DNA of 64,000 nt from assembly GCA_018266795.1 (NCBI GenBank), contig JAFDZV010000039.1:15215-79214 (forward strand). Direction: 5' to 3'. The position numbers and the translations under genes are program-made. The notes beneath the pieces are model-generated. The model was not told the origin of the DNA, made no database searches, and worked only from the letters and a program-made list of their open reading frames with translations. This DNA comes from Bacteroidota bacterium (GTDB lineage: Bacteria > Bacteroidota > Ignavibacteria > OLB7). This document shows positions 18,608 to 26,287 of the stretch, piece by piece (the stretch's first letter is position 1; each line of letters begins with the position of its first letter).

Positions 18608-19486
18608 GTGTCTTCACTCTCTGAGAGACTTGCAGCGATTCCCTTCCAACTGCTTTTCGGGGTGGTTGGACGGATGATTCCGTTTCGGGCGTGCCGGATC
18701 GTCGCCCGGCCGATTGCCCTGGTCGCCTGGGCATCCGGTGTGCGGCGTTCGATCACCATGCGTAATCTCGCCATCGCGTTTCCGGAGGTCTCCGACGTCG
18801 AACGCAGGCGCATCGCCAGGCGCTCCTTCGTCAATCTCGTCACGGTATTCCTCGAGATGCTCGTGCTCCGGCACATGAGCACAGCGGCCATGGCGCGCGC
18901 TATCACCATCGACAACCTGGATCTTCTTCGCGGCATCGACTCCAATGGAGCGCTTCTGCTCTCCGCGCATTTCGGCAACTGGGAGCTGCTTGCGCTTGCG
19001 GCCGGCGCGCTGTCCGGCGTGCCGTTCGCGATCGTTGTGAAGGAACAGCGCGATCACGGCCAACTGAATCGCATGCGTACATCGCACGGCAACAGCGTGA
19101 TCCCAACCTCACGCGCCGCCCGCGAAACGGCCGCGTTGCTCCGCAGGGGAGGTCTGGTTGCGATGCTTGCCGATCAGGCCGCGGCGGACGATGAACCGGT
19201 GGTTCGGCTGTTCGGCGTTCCCACGCATACGTTCTCTGCACCGGCCCGCCTTGCGCTCCGTTTCCGGCCCAGGATTGTTACGGCATTCGCTGCGCGACGG
19301 GAGAATGGGACCTATCATGCGGTGATACGCGAGCTGCCGTACGACGACCTTGAGGATAATCCGGATGGCATACGTGAGCTGGCGCAGCGATATGTTGCGT
19401 TGCTGGAAGCACAAACCATCGCCCATCCCGAGCAGTGGGCCTGGCAGCACAGGAAGTGGAAGAGTTCACCCGGCGTTCACTATTGA
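18608..19486 (+). CDS. LpxL/HtrB-family lipid A (lysophospholipid) acyltransferase
   Basis: GTG start. HX4[DE] acyltransferase motif in LLLSAHFGNWELLA. Length and the C-terminal HPEQWAWQHRKWK are typical of late lipid A acyltransferases. Confidence 0.8.
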   Translation: MSSLSERLAAIPFQLLFGVVGRMIPFRACRIVARPIALVAWASGVRRSITMRNLAIAFPEVSDVERRRIARRSFVNLVTVFLEMLVLRHMSTAAMARAITIDNLDLLRGIDSNGALLLSAHFGNWELLALAAGALSGVPFAIVVKEQRDHGQLNRMRTSHGNSVIPTSRAARETAALLRRGGLVAMLADQAAADDEPVVRLFGVPTHTFSAPARLALRFRPRIVTAFAARRENGTYHAVIRELPYDDLEDNPDGIRELAQRYVALLEAQTIAHPEQWAWQHRKWKSSPGVHY

Positions 19487-19531
19487 GCGCGTTGAAGGTG
19501 GCAGGCATCGATATTGGATCAATCGTGCACG

Positions 19532-20551
19532 ATGAGCAAACCGCAGGGGATCGTGATCATGCAGACCGGTTTTGTTGGCGACGCCGTGCTCGCCAGCGGG
19601 CTGCTGCGCGGCCTTGCGGCATCCGGTTGCGGTCGCGTCGGCCTGGTTGTTCGCGCCGAGTTCGCCGCGTTGTTCGAATCGCATCCCGGAGTGCATCGCC
19701 TGCATCTCCTCGCCAAGGGAGCCCGCGGCGGGAATGCTCGTCTTGCGGCGGAACTTCGTGAGGGTGGGTACGATGTGGCGTTGTTGCCGCATCGCTCGGC
19801 GCGTACGGCGTTGATCGCATATCGATCCGGTATCCATCGCCGCATCGGGTTCAGCCAGAGCGATGCACGCCTGTTGCTGACCGACAGGGTGCAGTACGAG
19901 ATCACGATGCACGAGACGGACCGCAACGCCGAACTTGCCGCTCGCGCCGGCGTTCCGATCGTGCCTGCGGACCGCCGTATGTGGCTGGTGCCCTCGCCTG
20001 CCTCGGTTGCGGCGATGCGCGAGCGTTTCCTTCGCGACGGTCGGCCGGTGGTGCTGCTTGCCCCCGGCTCCGTATGGCCAACGAAGCGTTGGGGCGAAGA
20101 GCGTTTCGCCGGGCTGGCGCGGCGGGTGGCGGGGAAGGGGAAGCATGTCGTGGTGGTTGGCAGCAGCGCGGAGGCCGATGTCTGCGGCGAGGTGGCACGC
20201 GGTGCGGGGTTGGAGGAGATCGATGTGGCCGCCGGCACGCTTTCGCTCGCGGATCTCGTGGCGATTGTTTCGCTCGCGGAGCGGCTGTATACGAACGACA
20301 GTGCCCCGCTTCACATTGCCGAGGCGGTCGGCACGCCGGTGACCGCGATATTCGGGCCAACCGTCCCGGAGTTCGGTTTCGGACCGCTTGCGCCCGGATC
20401 GCACGTGGTACAATCACGGGGTCTATCATGTCGTCCATGCTGCATTCATGGCGGAATGCGCTGCCCTATAGGGACTCACGCATGCATGACCATGGTGAGC
20501 GTTGAGGAAGTTCTAGCCGGGACGGGGCTGGCAATGGTGGACAGGGTATGA
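19532..20551 (+). CDS. glycosyltransferase family 9 (ADP-heptose:LPS heptosyltransferase-like)
   Basis: The ORF opens with TTG at 19514; the ATG at 19532 is preferred. GT9 motifs: IVIMQTGFVGDAVLASGLL, LLAPGSVWPTKRW, LYTNDSAPLHIAEAVGTPVTAIFGPT. Confidence 0.85.
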   Translation: MSKPQGIVIMQTGFVGDAVLASGLLRGLAASGCGRVGLVVRAEFAALFESHPGVHRLHLLAKGARGGNARLAAELREGGYDVALLPHRSARTALIAYRSGIHRRIGFSQSDARLLLTDRVQYEITMHETDRNAELAARAGVPIVPADRRMWLVPSPASVAAMRERFLRDGRPVVLLAPGSVWPTKRWGEERFAGLARRVAGKGKHVVVVGSSAEADVCGEVARGAGLEEIDVAAGTLSLADLVAIVSLAERLYTNDSAPLHIAEAVGTPVTAIFGPTVPEFGFGPLAPGSHVVQSRGLSCRPCCIHGGMRCPIGTHACMTMVSVEEVLAGTGLAMVDRV

Positions 20552-20936
20552 GCGTCGCGGCCGAAATGTACGGATCACCGGAGTGAATGTGAGCGAAACG
20601 ATGCCTTCTGTGCTGTCAATGCGTTCGGGCCAGCCCGGATCGATACGGCGCGTGCTGGTGGCGCTGCTGCTGGCGGCTGTTCTGGCTGCGGCCGTTGTCG
20701 ACGGGCGCGAAAGCCTGAGCGAACCCGCGCCGATCGTGATGACGATGACGGTGGACCCGCCACGGTTCGGCCGCCCGCGTCCATATCGGGCCCATTATCG
20801 TCGCGGACACAAGTAATTGCGGCCTCTTCAGATTGGTATTGGCCCCCTGTGTTCGTAGTTTTGCGCCGCATGCGCATGCATTGCACCCAACATCTCGATC
20901 CATCCTCCATCTCCAACTGCCCTCCGTGACCCGGGC

Positions 20937-23603
20937 ATGGAATTTCATCCGATGACAACGTTGGTGAGAACCTTCCGCATTCTCTCGGTCTGTCTCTTCC
21001 TGTCTCTGCCGTTCATTTCCAGGGCCGTCGCACAGACACAGCCCGAGGATTTTCTTGCGTCGCCGCCGGCGCCGAACGCATCGGTCTATTCGTCGATAAC
21101 CTCCGCTTCCACGCGCAGCGTCATATCGCTCAACGGCACATGGCAGGTTTCGCGCAACGGAGGGGACACATGGGAGAACGTTCAGGTGCCGTGCTCGTTC
21201 TCCGAGCAGGGCAATCTGCTTTTCCGTCGCAGCTTCCAGATCCCGAAAGAGCTACTTGCAACACATCGGTGGAAGGTGGTTGCCTACGGCGTGCAGTATC
21301 AGGGAGCGATTTCGATCAATGGGCAGTTCGTGCGTCAGCACGAGAGCGGCATCCCGTTTTCCGTGAACGTGCCCGATGAGGTGAAGCTCGCCGCCACCAA
21401 CACCATTCAGGTGGAGGTGAACAACCGCCTGGACTATACCTCCACGGTACCGCTGCGCAAACTGCTTCTCGGCAACAGGACCTACGGAGGGATCTTTCGC
21501 GATCTGCTGCTGGTAGGTGTTCCCAATGTGTGGCTGGACGATGTTCGGTTCAATGGCACGGTGAACGGAGCGAACAGCGAGGCGAAGTTCGACGTTCAGG
21601 TTGTTTCCGGTACGATCCGCGGGATGATCGCGCGCCGTTCCGGCGACAGCTCCGGCTCCGTGACGATTCCGACGGACCACGCGGACTTCGAGCTTGGCGT
21701 GGCCATCCGCCGCCGGGGCAGCAACGATACCCTTCCCTCGGTCGAGGTTGCGCACGGCGCCCAGACCTTCTCGCTGGACAGCAAGCGCACGGCGAACGTA
21801 ACGCTGAAGGTGCCGGTGAACAATCCGGAGCTCTGGGGGCCGGGCTCGCCGAATCTCTACGACGCGGTTGTGCAGGTGAGATATCAGGGCGCGGTTGTCG
21901 ATGAGCAGGTGATGCGGGTCGGCTTCCGAAGTATTACGGTGAAGGGTTCGCAGTTGATACTCAACGGCGAGCCGCTGCAGGTGAAGGGGCTGGTATATGT
22001 GGAGGACTCCAAGGCGTTCGGTGCCTCGCTTCCGTACGACCTGATGCGCCGCGACGTTCAGACCATGCGCGATATGGGAGTGAACGTTATCCGATTCGCG
22101 GATGGAACGCCCCATCCATATCTGCTCCAGCTGTGCGACGAGATGGGCATCCTTGCGTTTGTGGATATCTCCATCGGCACGCCCCCCTCGACGTTGTTCG
22201 GTGACGAGAATTATCTGAAGCGATCGCTGGATCGGGTGAAGTTTACGGCCGAGGAGTCAAGCCATTTCACGTCGGTTGTGGCCTATGGTTTGAGCGCACA
22301 GATTCCCGGTGAGAGCGAGAAGGCGATTACGGCGGTTCGCCGGCTGCGGTCGCGGCTGGACTCGATCGACAACAGGCTCTTCTACTTCTCGGCAACAACG
22401 TGGACGAATCCGAATCTTCGGAAGCTGACCGACATCGTGGGGCTGAACGCGTTCGATGCCGATCCGGCGCTTGTGCGCGACATGATCCTCCAGACGAAGA
22501 AGGCCGTTAACGGCGAGAAGCCGATGGTGATGCTGGGGTATGGCAAGTTCGTGCAGCTGGACAATCAGAACGGCTACAAGGATCCGATCTCGATCGAGGC
22601 ACAGGCGAAATACATCAGCGATATTCACAGCATCCTGCTGGAGACGGACCTTGCGGGTGGGATCTACTGGTCGTTCAACGACTACAGAACCGATCGTCCG
22701 ATCCTGACCGCGAACAATCAGGACCAGTATCTGGCCAGCTGCGGCATCTATGGGCTGGGCCGTGAACTGCGGCAGCCCGGCGGCCCGCTTCTCGCGGCGC
22801 TCTACACGGAGCAGAAGGCGCAGGATGTTGCGATCGGCCTTTACAGTCCGCCCTCCACCATTCTGTTCATTGCAACCGGCATCGCCTGCGCCGTGGTGTT
22901 TCTGCTGCTCATCAACAGTTCGCGACGCTTCCGTGAGAACGTCTGGCGCGCTCTGCTCCGGCCGTACAACTTCTACGCTGACATTCGCGACCAGCGCATT
23001 CTCTCGAACGTGCAGACGACGATTCTCGGGCTGGTGATATCGGTGACGTTTGCGGTGATCCTCGCCTCCATCTGCTACTTCTATCGAATGGATGAGGGAT
23101 TCGACGCTACGTTGAGCGCCGTCATCACCTCCGACGGCTTGAAGGAGCTGCTGAACCATGTGATCTGGCGCCCGCTGCTCGCGGAGATCCTCTTCACGGT
23201 TTTCTTCTTCGGGCTGATGCTGATCGTGGCGCTACTGATTCGCGTGTGCGCCGTTACCGTGCGGAACAAGATCTTCTTCAGTGATGCCTATATCATTGCC
23301 GTCTGGGGCGCGTTGCCGGTGTTGATTCTGATCATTCCCGGAATGGTGCTCTATCGGGCGCTTGGCGAGCCGCATGCAGGGATGGTGAGTTTCTCCGTCA
23401 TGTTGCTTGTTGTCTGCTGGATGCTCTATCGCGTGCTGCGAGGAACCGCCGTGATCTACGACGTGCGGCCGCTCAAGGTGTACGGTTACGCAATCGGAAC
23501 CATCCTCGCCATTCTGATCGTGGTGATGGTTACATCGAGCGAGACCAATGCAACGCTCGGCTATCTGCGCGATGGCATATCGGTGCTCTACAGCGGGCGT
23601 TGA
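20937..23603 (+). CDS. GH2-like (sugar-binding/Ig/TIM-barrel) ectodomain fused to about 6 C-terminal TM helices; catalytic Glu residues apparently absent
   Basis: Signal peptide. GH2 N-domain pattern SLNGTWQVSRNGGDTWENVQVPCSF. TIM-barrel segment GVNVIRFADGTPHPYLLQLCDEMGILAF. The last ~270 aa contain six hydrophobic 20-25-aa segments. Confidence 0.75.
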   Translation: MEFHPMTTLVRTFRILSVCLFLSLPFISRAVAQTQPEDFLASPPAPNASVYSSITSASTRSVISLNGTWQVSRNGGDTWENVQVPCSFSEQGNLLFRRSFQIPKELLATHRWKVVAYGVQYQGAISINGQFVRQHESGIPFSVNVPDEVKLAATNTIQVEVNNRLDYTSTVPLRKLLLGNRTYGGIFRDLLLVGVPNVWLDDVRFNGTVNGANSEAKFDVQVVSGTIRGMIARRSGDSSGSVTIPTDHADFELGVAIRRRGSNDTLPSVEVAHGAQTFSLDSKRTANVTLKVPVNNPELWGPGSPNLYDAVVQVRYQGAVVDEQVMRVGFRSITVKGSQLILNGEPLQVKGLVYVEDSKAFGASLPYDLMRRDVQTMRDMGVNVIRFADGTPHPYLLQLCDEMGILAFVDISIGTPPSTLFGDENYLKRSLDRVKFTAEESSHFTSVVAYGLSAQIPGESEKAITAVRRLRSRLDSIDNRLFYFSATTWTNPNLRKLTDIVGLNAFDADPALVRDMILQTKKAVNGEKPMVMLGYGKFVQLDNQNGYKDPISIEAQAKYISDIHSILLETDLAGGIYWSFNDYRTDRPILTANNQDQYLASCGIYGLGRELRQPGGPLLAALYTEQKAQDVAIGLYSPPSTILFIATGIACAVVFLLLINSSRRFRENVWRALLRPYNFYADIRDQRILSNVQTTILGLVISVTFAVILASICYFYRMDEGFDATLSAVITSDGLKELLNHVIWRPLLAEILFTVFFFGLMLIVALLIRVCAVTVRNKIFFSDAYIIAVWGALPVLILIIPGMVLYRALGEPHAGMVSFSVMLLVVCWMLYRVLRGTAVIYDVRPLKVYGYAIGTILAILIVVMVTSSETNATLGYLRDGISVLYSGR

Positions 23604-23635
23604 GATGCCGTGCTGCGCAGGCAGGATTGAACTCC

Positions 23636-23666
23636 GGAGGCCCCTTCAACGGGGCCTTCTGCGTTT
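23636..23666 (+). terminator. probable rho-independent terminator
   Basis: 9-bp GC-rich stem (one G-U pair): GGAGGCCCC (23636-44), loop TTCAAC, GGGGCCTTC (23651-59). TGCGTTTGCG follows. Lies 33 nt after the stop of the GH2-like gene. Confidence 0.45.
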
Positions 23667-23835
23667 GCGAGAGCCCGGGATGTAATCGGAGCGTCCGGCT
23701 GATGAGAGGCCAATATCACCGAAACCGTACGTGAATCGACGATCGCGCGCATCTTTTTTCCATCGCGGGTAGCATTCGCCGGATTCGTGCTTATCTTACT
23801 CGCTGTTTCGATACCATCACAATTCGCGTGACCTC

Positions 23836-24633
23836 ATGGCGGGAAGGAAGTTCCACTTGATCCTTGTGGGCATTCTGACGTTGCTGTCGCTGTCGCTTTC
23901 TCTGATTTCGGAGATACCCAGAGCACTCAGCAAGGCACCGGAGGTTGTGCTGTCCGTAACCGTCGCAAACTGGCCCATTGTTCTCACCGACATGCACCTG
24001 CTCTGGATGCGCGTGGCAGGCATCCTGCTCATCGTGGGCATCACCATCTTCGCTCAATACAAGCAGGTGTACAAGCCGTTCATGCGGTTCGAGGAACTTC
24101 GCGGCGGCGCGTTCGATTTCATCTTCGGTCCGGAGATCGACAAGCTTCACAGAAATCTCACAACAAGCCTGCGATTCAACATTACGCAGCGAAGCAACTA
24201 TCTGCGGGTGTCGCGCTATGTGCTTCTCGGCAGGCTGCGCCAGGTGTATCACTACGGCTATCACAACGAGCATCGCGACAAGGCCTTGCGATTCTGGTAC
24301 ATCCGCCTTCCCGGGTATCGGCGCGCGCAGGGAGTCGCAGCCAATGCCTTCCTATCCGAGCAGGCGATGATTGCGGATCTGCGCAACCCAGCCCTCGGGA
24401 ATGCGCGCCTCACCGGATGGAAGTTCGAGTTGACGCGAGACATCAAGCTGATCATGAGCTTCCCGTTATTTCGATGGAACGGCGACACATACACGTGTGT
24501 CGGCACGATGAACGTCGATATCTGCGACGAGGGAGTGGTGACCGAACTGTTGAATGAAGGTGGGCTTCGTCGCTTGACGCGTCTGGCCCAGTACTTTCAG
24601 GATTGCACCGAATATGTATCACTATGGCTATAA
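23836..24633 (+). CDS. hypothetical 2-TM membrane protein with GAF-like C-terminal domain
   Basis: Two N-terminal hydrophobic helices (LILVGILTLLSLSLSLI; VAGILLIVGITIFA). The C-terminal ~180 aa show a GAF-like pattern (QGVAANAFLSEQAMIADL...IMSFPLFRWNGDTYTCVGTMNVD). GC is lower than in the flanks (29/60 on the line at 24121 versus 36/60 at 22801). Confidence 0.55.
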   Translation: MAGRKFHLILVGILTLLSLSLSLISEIPRALSKAPEVVLSVTVANWPIVLTDMHLLWMRVAGILLIVGITIFAQYKQVYKPFMRFEELRGGAFDFIFGPEIDKLHRNLTTSLRFNITQRSNYLRVSRYVLLGRLRQVYHYGYHNEHRDKALRFWYIRLPGYRRAQGVAANAFLSEQAMIADLRNPALGNARLTGWKFELTRDIKLIMSFPLFRWNGDTYTCVGTMNVDICDEGVVTELLNEGGLRRLTRLAQYFQDCTEYVSLWL

Positions 24634-25109
24634 CAATCAGGCGTACGTATCTTTCACCCCCCGCGCCCAGAACCTAATTAACGGTGACTGTTATGAGCAG
24701 GATCGTAAGTATCAATCAGTCTGAGCCAGGGCTCTATCTCATCAGGATTCAACGTTCGCACGGGAACGTACGGACGCTGCTCCAGGCGATAGCGAATCCG
24801 CCGCTCGAAGGCAAACAGGGGAGTGCGACGGCGAGCGGGGCTCAGAAACGGAGCGACCAGACTACGGTCGAGCCGTATGTGGTGGCACACAGGCAGAAGC
24901 ACTGATGCATCGTGCGTGCCGTTGCCCGGAACAACCGGACACATCGGGCGGCATATGAGCCGGACGACGCATCCAACGCCACCAACCGAATCGATATTCG
25001 AACCGTTGTCATGTTCCAGGGGAGGAGGACGTCGGTTCCTATCCGATCGCGTGCGCATGCAACAACCCGCTGCGCTGGAGATCGCATCGTATCAATGCTC
25101 GCTCGCGTC

Positions 25110-25150
25110 CTGTTGCAACATCCCGTCGTCAGCTCGGGATGTTGCAGCAG
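25110..25150. other. strong 16-bp hairpin inside an ORF-poor 1.65-kb region
   Basis: CTGTTGCAACATCCCG (25110-25125), 9-nt loop, CGGGATGTTGCAGCAG (25135-25150): 16 consecutive pairs including one G-U. Further hairpins follow at 25195-25214 and 25217-25235. Confidence 0.5.
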
Positions 25151-26287
25151 GCAAGCCTTTGCCGGTTCCTGCCGAAAGCCTCTTTACTCGCCGTCACCGC
25201 GAAGCCTCGCGGTGATGTTCCTCTGCGCGAGGAACGCTCGGTGACACGGCGGCCATGTCCGGTGAACGAGGTATCCTGCCACATCCTGCCGAGTGCTCTC
25301 GACCACCCACAGGCATCGCGTTCGAATATCCGGGAGTTGTTGCAGACACAGGAACCACCTGGCGGACAGGTGCAGTCGGCGCATACTGTCTCGGCGGGAA
25401 TACGTACGTCGTACGTAGCGCACACCGTGCCGGCCCGACGGATATTGAATGCAGCATTGATCGTCCATGCATGGCCCCCGCGTTCTGCCGATGATGCCGT
25501 TCAACCCGGCGTGCTTTCCTGCCGATGGACGGTTGCCGAATCGAGCGATGCGCTCGAGGAGCAGCGGGGCGCATATCCGGATATCATCTGGCGATAATTC
25601 CATGCCATTTGTATTTTCAACTACCCATGACTGCACGTGTCGTGGCTCGAGGGTCAGCCGTTCCCGTCACAACAACATTGCGCCAATCTGCCTACACGGT
25701 TGCGGTGAGCATTGCGTTGTGTTGGGCTTACTGAGGCGCCGGTTATCGTGTGGTTTCAAGACATTTCTCATGCCGGGGATCGTGTCGAGGTATTCCCATC
25801 AATCGAAGGCATCCGATCGTGTGATCGGCCTGCGTTGGTGGCAGCGTGCGGGAGTAGTGATAGTTGGGCTACCGCAACTTCTTCCTGCTGTTCGGGCACC
25901 AGGTTCGTGCCGGCTGGCACGTTGAGTGCCTCGTGTCCGTCGTCATCGAGTTCGTATTCGCCTACCGCTTACTTCATGCCGCCCGGAACCAACTCCGGCC
26001 TGGCGGTGACGTTGGCCACGTCGGATCGAGGCATTGCGCAATGAGCCGCCGGGATTCCTCGGCATCGGTTCGGCCCAGCCCACGCCGGCGCGGCAGCAGA
26101 TTTCCGCAATCGTTGCGGACGTGATCCGGTTGAATCGTAATCATCCATCCGGACAGCACGCTCCGTTCGTCTGTTGTAGTGTTCGCTTCTTCCGGTACCA
26201 CCCCGGCCGCGAGGATCATTCGATCTGTTCCCGACATTTCCGCTGCTCCTCGCAGCATCTCGTGCTGTAATCAATATTGCCAGGAAG

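Noticed and set aside
20583-20816. 77-aa ORF with one hydrophobic segment between the heptosyltransferase and GH2-like genes
   Set aside because: GTG start without an SD, Arg/Pro-rich tail, no family resemblance. It could be a small membrane protein, but the evidence is insufficient.
24678-26274. A dozen overlapping 60-152-aa ORFs in both strands (for example 25184..25636 minus, 25139..25597 plus, 24693..24905 plus)
   Set aside because: They are mutually overlapping and rich in Arg/Cys/Trp/Pro, with no SD and no recognisable motif. The 24693..24905 ORF (MSRIVSINQSEPGLYLIRIQ...) is the least implausible, but it is still unsupported. I treat the region as non-coding or decayed in the findings instead.
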